The notes: a model not told the origin generated them from the sequence alone. Numbered from the stretch's first letter, positions 11,301 through 26,717 are shown. The stretch is 64,000 bases of DNA from Haliotis cracherodii (GCF_022045235.1 NW_027266268.1:11966001-12030000); one strand, 5' to 3'. Numbers and translations are program-made.

Positions 11301-14300
11301 TTAAAAAATGCCATAAAATATACCTGCTGATGGGTACCGTAGACATCTTATCTTTGAAAATCCATAAAGAAATTTGTTTTTTTTCGGCATCAATTTATAA
11401 CATATATATCAATTTACCTTTGTCGTTTTATAAATTTAAAAAATGCCATAAAATATACCTGCTGATGGGTACCGTAGACATCTTATCTTTGAAAATCCAT
11501 AAAGAAATTTGTTTTTTTTCGGCATCAATTTATAACATATATATCAATTTACCTTTGCCGTCATAGAACCAATACATTTTTACACATAATTACCCAGCCA
11601 CATATCACCTTTTACAAGCTGTTGCAGGAATGAGTAATCAAATTGCAAAACAATTATTTCAATTTTCAATTACATTAAAGAACGACAACAACATCGGTAT
11701 ACTTTCTTTTGCCCCACAGTTTATACTGACCATCTTCATCCCAACTGAATCCTTTCCTCGGGTACGGGTATGAATAATGAGAAATACAACTGACTCTGAA
11801 TGGTCATGGTTGACATATTCTAGAGATACCGATGCATCGGTATTAGTTGGTTGGTTGGTTGGTTTGTTGTTTAACCCCGCCCTCAGCCATATTCCAGCTA
11901 TATGATGGCGGTCTGTTAATAATCGAGTCTGGACCAGACAATCCATTGATTAATATCATGAGCATCGATCCACGCAATTGGGATCGATGACAAGCATCAA
12001 CCAAGCCAGCGAGCCTGACCACCCGATCCCGCTGGTCGCCTCTTACGACAAGAATAGTCGCCTTTTCACGGCAAGCATGGGTTATGAAGACATATTCTAC
12101 CCCGGATCTTCACGGGTCTCATCGGTAAAAGACACATCTTACCTAGTATTAAAAGACACATCTTACCTAGATAATGCATATGGCTAAGACCAGATGTTAT
12201 GTAGATATTTCCCTTCATTATTTTGTTGGTGCACTCTTCTGTGCATGTCGACTCAAACGTGGACCGCTTAGCACCTGGTGGAATCTCCAGATACTGTTGG
12301 CCGGTAGCTAAGAATCCGGCATCGTACTTTCTCAGTTTTGGCGTGTAATATAAGGTCAAACCAGAACTGTCAACATAGTCACTTCTCAACTCAGGGTTAG
12401 TCCAATGAAACTGAAACATGATAAATAAAGTTGGAATGGGGATAGGTCTAGAGCATCCAAACTGTTATTACGACCCTCGCCGTGAACCTTACGAAGCAGT
12501 ATTAAGCTTACCTCTGCACTGCGTTCCTCATACAACTAGTGCATTGACCAGAAGAACTATTTACCTGCAAAACCATTTTCTTTGGGCCAGTGCGACCTAT
12601 GCGATATCCTGCCTCTTCATATTCACATGTTCCATCCAGCCCCAGGGTCCAGAGCCCAAGAACTTGAGAGCACCCCTTCTGGGACATGTAACAGGGCGTG
12701 GCATGGTCTGTTATGTCAGCTGTCAACAATGAAACATATCAGCGGCTATCCCTTTGTTAAAGATAATGTATACAAGTTATCATTGGTTTAAAGAAATCAC
12801 GAATTTATTGTGATAACATTTGTCGCACAAGGGAGATTGTTCTATTTGTAACCATGAATGCAACGTTTTTGGTGAAGACACTCCTTACATAATTATCATG
12901 GCATGCTTGATAACTGTGTTAGTATCTACACCGAAGCGTCTCATTGATCGTATATCCACAGAACCATCCAACTGGTTTATCATACCAACTTTTAATGCCA
13001 CTCAAGGAAGATATATTTGTCGGTCCTAAAAACAGGCAAACCCTGTGATTGCGATTTCGATTTAATCGACAGACATATTGGTTTGATTTTTCATGTGTGT
13101 ATATGTTGCGATAAGGATAGACCAATAATTCTCTTTTGATAACGTAAACATAAATTTACCATCATTATCGCATCCGAAGAGGACGATGTGGTGCATGACG
13201 TTGGTGTTGTTGATTTCTGGCTTATTTGCAATCAGGTGGTAGTCCTGTGACATGTCGATGTACTTGCTGACGTCGAAGGGCATGCAGTAGTAGTTGGTCT
13301 CAGTCGGAGGCACCCGTGTTGGTGGATATCTCAGAGTGAAGCTCTTCACCTCTGGAAAACGGAAGTACTGTAACGTTAGTAGGGAACGTACATATATATC
13401 TTAAGCATTGCATCGGTGTGGCGATTCAGCATGGTCTTCCTCATAATTCGATTTCCTCTTGGAGTCAGTATCACCTTTTGTTCACTCCTGTTAAGCAACA
13501 TTTGCCAGAAGTCGATAACTGACAAGAGGAGGAAAGAGGAATATGATAGTTGTCATTCTTTTGCCCATTTCTAATAATTTCAGCAAACCTTTCCGAAACA
13601 TTAAAATGTGACATGTCCACGAGGCCAATTAGCAACAGTGATAATGGCTAGTTGTCAGTTTTTACACAAATGATAATTTCAACTATAAACTTTGCAGTGT
13701 GTCAAACTGGGCGCATCTCCTGCCTCTTTGGTGAGTCAAGGTAGATGAGGTTAAGTGTTCAACTTACCAGGAGCTTTTGTGGCGTTGCATACAAAATCGC
13801 CAGCTGTACAAGACACCCAGTCGTTCTTGGCCGTGCATTTAGGACTTCCCCAGGGGTCACAGATACCTGAAGTGAGAGACGCTTGGGTGAGGCCATGAAG
13901 GTTCAAAGTCATATGCATCTAATTATGATATTCAGTATATCAGAAAACGTGACGAGAGATGAAAACATCGCTTTGAATAGTATTTCAGCTCTATCGTGGC
14001 GTGTCAGCTTAATGTGAAAGGAAAGCCCAAATGTGAAAATCATGAACACGTGTACTGTGCTGACAGACCAAGAATCTGGCGAACTTAGATTCGATCAGCA
14101 GTGGTGGACACGAGGATTTAACGTCACGAGGAACCGTTTCGAAACGAAATTAGTGACACAATCGGGGGGATTATTATCCGGGATTAGTGTGCTCAATTAA
14201 AGTGGCATTAGTCTTTACACACGATTCATCGTTAATATTGACGATGTTTTGGTACGGTGCTGTCTTCATGTCGTGCTTGGTCGTGTTGTATATGTCAACC

Positions 14301-17300
14301 ACTTGTCGTGCCCTTCGGTTTAGCTGCTGAAGTTGCAATTGAAGTAGTTAGGTTGAGGATGTCTACTGGTATTACTTTGTGTTCACTGCGTGAATTAGTT
14401 TGCTAGTCCTTTAACGACATACGTGTAGTTCAGGTATCGCCATTATCACGCCACACAGTAAGGTACCATGGTTGGTTGGTCGGTTTGTTGTTTAAAGCCG
14501 CACTCATCAATATTCCAGCATTATGACGGCGTTCTGTGAATAATCGAGTCTGGACCAGAAAATCCAGTGATTAATATCATGAGCATCGATCCACGCAATT
14601 GGGTTCGATGACATGCATCAACCACGTCAGCGAGCCTGTCCACCCAATTCCGTTAGTCGCCTTTTACGACAAGCATGGTCACCTTTTACAGCAAGCATGG
14701 GTTGCTAAGACCTATTCTGACCCGGAATCTTCACGGGTCCAGTAACCATGGACGAATCAAATAGCGAATGGTACGGCGTACGTTATCTAACAAATTCCTT
14801 CACATTGTACGACAGGTCACAAATTGCTAACAGCTAAAGTGAATGAGAGAAGCACCACGACGTAGTCGTTCTATGGCTCAGTTGACGCAGATTCAAATAA
14901 ACTCTCTACCATGACAACAGACCTGAACCATATGAGTTCTAAACGATAAGACAATGCAGTCTGTTTGCGTCGGAAAGTGAAATATTTTCATTAATGTTCC
15001 GTAAACGTCTTTTTCACTCCTTGCATGGATCTTGACAGCAGAGCATTGATATACCCAGTTCTTTATATAAGATAACTACGCGATAAATCGCAAAGAACGA
15101 TGAAGAACGAAATGTTGTTTATTTCACGATAAAACATTGTTCGATCATGACGTCATTTTTGGAGATTCGAACATGCACTCGCAACTTGATGACGTCGTAA
15201 GTTGTTCCCAGTTGATGTAGCTGGGCAATGCAGATAAACGCATTAGCCGAACGATCGCATTCAAAGATGGGAGAGATATGAGAAACGGTTTAGGAAGAAA
15301 AGTTTAAGATAAGCGACGTGAAAATTGTGAGAATGTCCTGGAAATACCAAACCTAACCCCCCTGCTCATAAATGAGATTTGTCCGACATTGCCGAGGTAT
15401 TAGTATATTCAGGGAGTCAACAGTAAATACGGGTAAATATTTTTAAAGCGTCGATATTTTATGAACGTCCTTAAAGAGACCGTACATAATGTCTTAAAAT
15501 GGTTTGAATCAAAGTGGATTAAAGTGATTTATTTTTCAGAATTAATTGGAATTGTATAACCATGTTATTTCAGCCTGTTTAGTCTTACCTTGTGTCCTTG
15601 AATGTAACTAATTGACATGCCTCCACTAATATGAATTTCCATTTTCCTGTCACACGACACAACGATTATGATGCATCATTTCAAAGCATTATTTTTGTGT
15701 TAAAAGACTGTATTTTACACTATAACATTTCGTAAGAACGTTCACAGCTATATGTAACACTGTGACGGAACAGGTGAATATACCTGGATGTGTGATGTTC
15801 TTGGTCCTCGAGGGGAAACTGCCCGGATGCCACACACAGTCTGGATCTCCTAGCTCCTGACCATTGGTCATCCCGTCCCCATCAGAATCCTTCTGGCACA
15901 GTTCTGTAGTCCACTGGAACGAAATATTGACAAGCCACCTTTTACAAGAATGCCATTAAGGGTCACATTAAGGACATAACATTACATTATTTACGAGTGA
16001 GTGAGTGAGTTGGGTTTAACGCCGCTTTTAACAGTATTCAAGTTATATCACGGCGTGTCAGCTTCATGTGGGAGGAAAGCCCGAAGTGATGCAGGTCTCA
16101 GACGTTTACCACTTCGCTGAAACCCACGAGCACGGGTATGGTGCTTACAAACCTAGAACCATAATCGGGGAGAACCGGGATTCAAACCCACAATCGTTGG
16201 TTCCTGGCGTGTCCAAGGGACGCAACTCTGCACAGCGAATCGCGGCGCCTTGGACGACTGGGCCACCCGTTCATCATTTCTAGTGAAAACGTACGTCCTT
16301 TGGAAACAGACCCAGCTTTGCAGCCATGGATGGGTCTTAGGTTCACCACTATCAACCTTATGTATACCTACGGCATATTCGTCTTGACTTTTCTTTATGA
16401 TTCTATGTTTAACTGACAAAAAAGTTGAGATTTCCATTTTGTTTTACAACATCTCGTTTTGTACTTCTCATTTAAAACATAACTCTAATATCAGTTATAT
16501 AAAACCTTGGAAATCCGATTGATTTTTCACTTTTGAATCATGTCACATGTGTAAGATGTAAACGAATTCGTTTGTACACAAAGCAGATTAATATTAAATA
16601 TAGAAAAGTGGTGTTCTCTACTGAAACCAATGTAGGGACGTCACAATCACATGCTCAGTCGAAACCAACACAACATTGTGACATACCAGTTTAGTCAATG
16701 ATCTCCATGTGGGGTTTAATGATAAATGCTTACAACGACGAGTGAGTAGTAAAGTGGGCCATTGAGCATTACACTGTGCAGATAAGCCAATGTCCTCCGT
16801 TAAAAACACGCTCCGATCCGGTCGAGAAAACAGTTACCTAATTAAAGGATACCCTGGTTTGTATCGGTTTGTATCAATAGCCAGAGAAGCAATGCAAACA
16901 ACACAACGTATCTTTCACCCGTTTGTTCAGATTCACCTGAGGGTAATGGTTGAATCCTATGGATATGATCAAACACAACCTTTGTGAAGGAGGAAATGGT
17001 TTTAATACCACATTCAACTGTACTTCAGATACATTACGGCACGTCAGTTTAATGTAGGATTCAAGTCAAAAGTGTCACCGGTCCTTTTTGTTTATCACTT
17101 TAGTGTAACCAACGACCAAGGTATGCTGCAGACAGACCACGGACCATGCCTTGAGATAATATGGTCAACTCCATGCGGCTTAACTCTGCGCAGAGTACCA
17201 TTCGTATTCGTATGAAATCATTTGTTCATGAACTCTTCAACCTTACCTTCCGAGAGCCAATGGCATACATTCGTGCTTTGCATATTGTTAGCTTAGTATT

Positions 17301-18190
17301 TCGGAACAGTACAGAACAGATCTTTCTTCGTATAGTCTGGCCATGAGGCCAATAGTACAGATGATTGGATAATACTTGAGAAAATTTTGAATTTGTAAAA
17401 AAAAATTAATATAAAGAACTAGCTGGAATAAAATGTTATTGTCATTTGTTTTGACCAGCGATGCAAATTTGTGCATGGTAGGATATTCATAATTATATAA
17501 AGGCAAATATCTTGACCTTAAGTTAGTATAAGCTACACATATCAATAGTGTATGGTATTCATCACAATCTTCTTTACAGAACGCATAGACGTTCTGTATT
17601 TATGTATTTTAAAATCATTCAAACACCATCAGCTAAACTGTGTTACAGCTCTTCTTAAATTTACTGTCTTAATCGATGATAGATATTTCTCAGTTGTAGT
17701 AAGGATTTGTAGGTGGAATATTCACTAATTTAAAGTATTTTTGTATTTCCTCGATACATCTTTCACGTCTAAACGTCTAAGCACGGCATGGCTCTTTGGT
17801 GTTCTCCAACATCAAGATGACCTACTGTGATTTTCCAAAACATCATGTCAACGACATTAAATGTTACTCAATGTCAATATCATAGACCGAACAGAATCAT
17901 TATCAGCATTGTCAACTATTCGCTTGTGTGGATAACTCGATGTTTTCGATGGTTCACATGACTTCGCGTGGTTTTCAAGTACATACAAAGAAAATCATCC
18001 TACCTGTTTCACCTGCTGGAAATCGAGACCAAATGGATTCCTGTCTCCCCCACCCTGGGGATTCTTGTGCCCCACCCCCCGCCATAAGAAGTTGATCTTG
18101 CATGGGTGTGGTACCGCGTCCCCGTTGGGTATTGTGTCTTGGAAATGTCGGTATCCGTACGAAACACCAATGAAGAAACAAACAAGTAAT
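8358..18190 (-). CDS. Temptin-domain / copper type II ascorbate-dependent monooxygenase (DBH/MOXD1/tyramine beta-hydroxylase-like) fusion protein, paralog B, ~560 aa. Exons 18190-18004, 15913-15784, 13866-13768, 13351-13160, 12719-12565, 12410-12167, 10907-10811, 10453-10168, 8645-8358; start exon uncertain
   Basis: All introns are GT-AG with consistent phases (0,1,1,1,0,1,2,0), giving one open frame to TAA at 8358. Temptin motifs: IPNG..VPHPC..W.GVGH....GGG.RNPFGLDF and WTTELCQKDSDGDGMTNGQELGDPDCVW. Monooxygenase motifs: TNYYCM, VMHHIVLFGC, LQFHWTNP, DSSGLTLYYT, SHMHYLG, GDSLKTTCVY, GEGSYDEMCY. The C-terminus is hydrophobic. The start is either the in-frame ATG at 18255 or an upstream phase-2 exon such as 19124-19111. 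Confidence 0.9.
9395..9730 (-). mobile_element. LINE (non-LTR retrotransposon) 3' fragment
   Basis: Translation CPFCKYYQEDEYDVLLIYPVYDDIRTKYLP resembles the C-terminal CxxC..EDEYH.LL.C region of LINE ORF2. The downstream motif TGGCCATGAGGCCAATAGTAC is shared with 17338-17358. Confidence 0.65.
9926..10052 (-). mobile_element. SINE family C (tRNA-derived), 5'-truncated
   Basis: B box GGTTCGATTCCC on the minus strand, (ACTC)n tail, and an 11-bp target-site duplication TGGTCGTTATA (9915-9925 / 10053-10063). Confidence 0.8.
11289..11557. repeat. Apparently perfect 135-bp tandem duplication (2 copies) in a monooxygenase intron
   Basis: CGTTTTATAAATTTAAAAAATGCC...AATTTACCTTTG starts at 11289 and again at 11424. 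Confidence 0.9.
11846..12118 (-). mobile_element. SINE-like family B
   Basis: GACCCGTGAAGATCCGGG start, CTTGTCGTAAGAGGCGAC core, GCTGGAATAT.GCTGAG.GCGG.GTTAAACAACAAAC tail. Probable TSD CATCGGTA (11835-11842 / 12120-12127). Confidence 0.8.
14471..14740 (-). mobile_element. SINE-like family B
   Basis: Colinear with 11846-12118 and flanked by ACCATGG on both sides. Confidence 0.8.
15995..16270 (-). mobile_element. SINE family A, near full length
   Basis: Colinear and highly similar to 55924-56206. Confidence 0.8.
17330..17760 (-). mobile_element. LINE 3' fragment, decayed
   Basis: Minus-strand translation CKEDCDEYHTLLICVAYTNLRSRYLP matches the 9.5-kb fragment, with the same TGGCCATGAGGCCAATA tail motif. 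Confidence 0.6.
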
Positions 18191-20353
18191 CTAAAACAGA
18201 TAACAAAGAAAACGTCAAGAGTAGGCGCAAGTGATATTGCAAGATTAATTCGCATGTGTCATCAAGTCAACTTTGCAAAGAATAAGATACTGAATAATAT
18301 ATTTACTCTATCTTGGCAAATATCACACAGCTGCTGAGGCATAAAGTTTCACAATCATCTTCCTCGGAGGTCGTAAAATCAAACCTAGGAACATTACTGT
18401 GTAGTAAAAACATGAAGTTTTGTCTTCTACATGATGGTCAGTGTTACAAATATACATTTCAATTGTGCAATTATAGATCATTCAGTGCCTATATCAAGTG
18501 AAATATATCTAATGTGTGAAACAAGTAAAACACAATTTTCAAGTATTGAAAATACATGTTCTGCTATTGTAGTGGCCAGCACGTAATGAAATATGCCAGT
18601 GTCCACCCAGTGAATGGGTACTCGATAGGATGAGAGGGTTATGTGGCTGTTAACCTTCAAGTGCCTCCAAGGCAACCTGGGCTGTATACTCCCTAGGGAG
18701 CTGAGAATGAATTTCTGATCCATTGACCGTGGTAATAATATACAGCCGCTGAGGATCAACCCAAGTTTGAAATCAGGATCTTTCTAGAGACATTATATAT
18801 AATATTTTCATTGACATTATGCGTGCTCTATACACAGATAACGTCCTGTGCATGTATTCATTTCCTGACCATCAATCTAATGTCTTAAACAATGTTAAGT
18901 ATTCTATTGAGTATACACGACATTTCTTTTCATTAATGAACAAAAGTACCCTGTTGATCTCAAATATCAGAATTTTGTGTGGTATTTATAAAGGCCCGAA
19001 ACAAGTGAGTGAGTTACAATGTAGAATCATATCGGCAGAATTTCTGCCATATCGTGTCATGGTCCCGTACAAATCAACTTATAACGCTTAAAACACATAT
19101 TAATACATACCTGTGACGTGACATAAACAACTGGACAAAAGAAAGTTACACTTAAAAATTGGATTTGTCCTTTAAGGTAACAAATGTTATCGTAGCATTT
19201 GGAGCCTCAAAACAGTCGCCGAACAATGTAAACTGAAAACTGCAAGACCCAACCTTGATACCCTATCAAATTCATCACCACTGAATAACAATTCGTGTTT
19301 GTGTCGTGTTTAGCCATCTTAAGGCATGGGCGTATACTTTCATTTGACTGCAATGTTATGGGACTGAAAAATATAATGTTAACACAATAGCAGTATTATT
19401 GTGCATACAAATGAAAAAGACATCACATTTACATATTGGCAAATACCAGTAAAAGTTACTTACATCTTTAAAGATTCCATGTTTCTGTGAGCAATACCGA
19501 TTTAGAAGTGAGCGGGAACTCGTATAACCTCTTTTTATCTTAACACAAGCCCCTCCCAATTGTGAAATTGTAACTGATAAAAATCCACGTGATGATGACT
19601 GTAGAGATAAGAGTATGACCAGATGATCCTCATACCTTTGTTTTGTACCCCTATGTCGACAAACATAGTAACGATGATACGAGTCGTCATTCCAAGTATT
19701 TTCAATTTATATGTTGAGCATACTCGAGTCATCACTACCAAACACCATTCGACATTATAATACCTTCATCACACCTGACAGGTGAATGAATGTTTTCAAA
19801 TTTAAGTCTGATGACCTTTATTTAAAAATAACATATCATGCACGAGTATTAATAAGGATTTATGTGTCTCGTGGCTGGTCGTTGTGAGTGGATGAGTCAT
19901 CGGATTCCCCAAACGTCCAGAGCAACTTGGAGATGTCAGTATGTTGATGTATGTTGTGGAGCGAGGAGATCTCACCTTCAACTCTTTATCCATATTTTGC
20001 AATATCTTCACTGGTGACCTGTTTAACTGACGAGTTTATGGTCAAGCAGTACATATTATGCTCAACAATGGAATTAGGTGTCTGTAACATGCAAGGTGAA
20101 TAAGAATGGCAGATATTTTACATTGATATGAATCTGTATAGACACAGGGTATTACAATAACTTTCAGTCCTGTAAGTAATAGTAATCGGATCGTTTGTTT
20201 GAGGTTATTTTGTTTACAACAATATTCCAATAGTTTGTGATTTACAACAAGTTCAATAACATAAGTATAGACAGAAAAAAAAAAAGGAGCCTCACTATTT
20301 GTCATGGGTAAGCGTATGGTCTTTATGTTGATCCAGTATGCATTTGTGAATGT

Positions 20354-20507
20354 GAGTGAGTATGGGTTTACGCCGCTTTTGGCAATATTCCAGTAATATC
20401 ACGGCGGGGTAAATGGGCTTCACACATTGTATCCATGTCGGGAATCGAATACGGGTCTTTGGCGTTTCGAGCTAACGCTTTAACCACTAGGCTACCCGAC
20501 CGCCCCC
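20354..20507 (-). mobile_element. SINE family C (tRNA-derived), full length
   Basis: Head GGGGGCGGTCGGGTAGCCTAGTGGTTAAAGCG (A box), B-box-like TTCGATTCCC, the shared tail, and a 10-bp TSD TTGTGAATGT (20344-20353 / 20508-20517). Confidence 0.85.
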
Positions 20508-23094
20508 TTGTGAATGTAAGCTGCCGGGCAAAATAAAGTATTCACCAATGCGTAGTGGTAGTTAATTTTAAAAATGAAACAAACAAGAAATGGTTGGTCA
20601 ATGGGGAAGTGTTTGATACAAATATCACAGATGCCTTTTGGACGTCAAGTTTATTGTGTTTCGGCGACTATTTTCAGCCTAGTAATATTTTGATAACGTC
20701 TGTAATAATTTGGTCAAATACAATTTTCAAGTGTCTACTTTCTTTTGCCCCGTGGTTTCGGTTATCCCAGATCATAAATAAAAATGAGAATGTTGTCTTT
20801 GTAATCATCATCGCCGCCATTTCGTACCGTTTTCACCATCGTCACCATCATCGCCATCAACGTCGCCATGTACATTTACTCGTGTGTTAGACAGTATCTA
20901 ATAAGATTGTTTAAATTTTCTATGTTGTATTATTGGACAGACTTTGCAGACATTCCTGGTTTAAGTATTTTGAAAGAGCGTGTCGGTCAGGAGACATCGG
21001 TGACCTTGTAATGGTGAAACTAATAGGCCCTTTCATGGCGTCCAGAGCCGTCTCCGGTCGTCCTGAACATTATCGAGTTATTCAAAGTTCGAGATAAACA
21101 GATCTAAGATATCAGACCGTAACGCCGAGTAGAAACATGTCGTGTTCATAACTTTACATCGTACTTCGGTCTCAAGATCAGTCTGAAACAAAAGACTGTT
21201 TGTCTATAAGTGTAGTTTGAACAATATTATATTTCCAAGAAATGAATAGTATTACCTATATTGCTCAACAAACAAAATACCTATTTGCAAACCTCTAAAT
21301 ACGCTTATAATCGAAACCATCAAGACATCCTATAGACAATTATTTGATGTACATATGAAACATATTGTTATTTAGCTCAAGTAAGGTAGTACATTTTATC
21401 ATACAAAACGTAATCGGTCCTCGAAAAACATGTTACATGTTTAAACTATAGCTACTAAAGCAGTTTGTTTGGATGAAATAATCATTGAAAGATTCAATAA
21501 TAATTACATTTTTTGTCAAAAGTGGAATGTCGATACCTGAAAACGGACATTAAACAAAAGTATGAGATCATGTTTATCTATTTTGTAAATCAATGCATGA
21601 AATTCTATTCGATGGAATTACAGCAAATGTGAAAACTTCCCCGTGTGGATTCTGTATGAGAATAGATCCCAAATAACGTGCATGAGTATGGATACTGTCA
21701 TAAGAAGGGACTTAATGGATCGAGTAATATGGCTCAGGTGATGTGACAAGACTCGGTGTTGTGGCTAATTTCAGCGTGGCACGATTGTCAAAATAGCCAT
21801 CCCTGATTTGCCTTGTCCAGACTCAGTTATTAACATGCAACAAAAACAAAACATCTCTTTGCGTGTAGTAGACGCAAGTGTATAACGCGTGTATTTGTGT
21901 ACAGTTTACTAACTTTACAAGTGTGTACATAGTCATAACCAACTCCCGATATAACAAAATCGGATATGGCGAATGGTCTGCTTTCGTCAACTCAATTCTA
22001 ATCCCAAATGGAATAGCAATACGTTTATCGTTCCTCCGTGTAATGAATTTCAGAGGTATCAAAAACCTTTTAGACGTCTTCGTTAGATCAAACAGAAACA
22101 TGAAAGTGTCTGCATGTGTCTACAGTGTTTCTCCAACACCCATATGCTTGTCGAAAGATGCTCATAATGTCCGTCACTGGGTTGCCCGGTGACGACTCGA
22201 TTATTGCGGAGTGTGGCGTTAAACAGCAAAGGAACAAAGAAATAACCTTCAAATATACTTCACTTAATCATATTGATGCTTGCATACCAATCCCTTTACA
22301 TTTCGCAAAAAAATAGCCTAAAGGCAAATAGTGAATTCGAATTGTTTGTTCGTCCTATCGACCCTTCATTCTTACCAAAAATATTGAAGATATTAAATTT
22401 ATTTTTAATTCGACCATTGAACAAAGGTTTGAGAAGAAAGTCCGTAAGCTAGCTCATAACAATCCATGGCCTAAATATAGGTCGACACCTACGACAAACA
22501 CCAGTCACACGTTTGTCTTGATAAGCTCGTCACTGGCATCTGGTGAGTAGCGATCTGTCAACACATTGTTTATACAGCAATATCCGTTCAAGTTTAACAG
22601 CCAAATTGTCCATGCAAACGAACCCCGTGGGTCACTATAATGTGTCTTGTTGCTAATACTGTATAAACAACTCCATTTATCGGGCTTCAACAATTGACGA
22701 ATGAATCAGGTGTTCAGAGTCCACTTAAAGTTTAAGTCCCTTTAATGAGAGTCCCTTTAAATATCTAACGACATCGCAGGAATTAGTAGCTTTTAATGCC
22801 TCGTAGGTTTGGAACACAATGGTATGCATTTAAACCTCATTGTCCCAACGTAATCGGGACTATTGACACAATGTCGATTTAGTTGATGTTTGAGTCAATC
22901 AGGGCGCGGGATATGAGATCATAATGCTGACATGGATTCTGCTGTGAATATATCGTCTTAGACGGCATATCGCGTTAAAGGCATCCGAGCTAATGATGTA
23001 CGTTTGAATGCACAAAAGCAAACAAATTATGTTAGTGTAATGTAGGCAATCATGAACTATATATTATTATTTTAATTAATTATTATAATTGTTA

Positions 23095-23096
23095 TA

Positions 23097-23149
<53 letters not shown>

Positions 23150-23219
23150 CATCATCATCATCATCATCATCATCATTATTATCATTATTATTATAGTATC
23201 AGTAGTAGTAGTAGTATTT

Positions 23220-23282
<63 letters not shown>

Positions 23283-23300
23283 ATAGTAGTAAGTAGTATT
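23095..23300. repeat. Compound microsatellite (TTA/TCA)n followed by (TAG)n
   Basis: Read directly; lies ~550 bp upstream of the tubulin copy 1 ATG. Confidence 0.95.
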
Positions 23301-23723
23301 TTAGTATTTTATGTTGCACAAACCGGTGTTGAAGTAGCATTGGCCTAGCTATTTCATCTGACTAATTCAGAAGAATACAATATATCCCCGTGTTATGGGT
23401 TTTCAGACGCTTAAGAAACAGTCGTAGTTTTCTCTCTAATCACATGAACAACTGTAGAGCATCTCATTCGCTCATAGAAGACAACTTTCTCTTAAAACAA
23501 GCTATTTAAGCCATCATCTGAGTATTTACAATTTCTGTGTGAAGTTACACCCCACGTTATAGAGCGAGTAATCGCGATAAACATGGCTGTCCGAAAACGT
23601 ATGACGCCCGAAAACCTATGATCCAACGATAGTAGATTATCTCAAGCTGTTGGTGGGGATTAGCATTAGCTTGTTATCGACAGTCATTAACGATTCGCTA
23701 ATCTGCAGTAAGATGTGAGCCTT

Positions 23724-23767
23724 GTTGCCAGACAACGCATGCAACGCATTCGCCAGAACCTATATAA
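23724..23767 (+). promoter_or_regulatory. Beta-tubulin copy 1 core promoter: X-box-like site (23724-23736) and TATA box (23761-23767)
   Basis: GTTGCC-A-GACAAC fits the degenerate RFX X-box RYYNYY-N1-3-RRNRAC. TATATAA lies ~90 bp upstream of the ATG. Confidence 0.5.
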
Positions 23768-23855
23768 GGCGAAGTCTTGTTCTGTCAAGGATCAAGTCAA
23801 CCATTTGCTCAAATAAGTGAAAGGACATTTCCAACACACAACTCCTAACTTCAAC

Positions 23856-26677
<2,822 letters not shown>

Positions 26678-26702
26678 TTCTGAAATGCATATATCTGTAT
26701 AC

Positions 26703-26717
26703 TCAGAATAAATCTGA
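26703..26717 (+). terminator. Polyadenylation signal AATAAA of tubulin copy 1; equivalents at 35027-35042, 43302-43317, 49163-49178, 54872-54887, 61036-61051
   Basis: AATAAA ~25-30 nt after each stop codon, preceded by TGTA and followed by a T-rich tract. Confidence 0.75.

Noticed and set aside
11330-11566. 78-aa ORF with an internal repeat
   Set aside because: A product of the 135-bp intronic duplication, antisense to the host gene.
20555-20890. 111-aa ORF with a His-rich end
   Set aside because: The His run comes from a degenerate (CAT/CGT/CAC) simple repeat; there is no other support.
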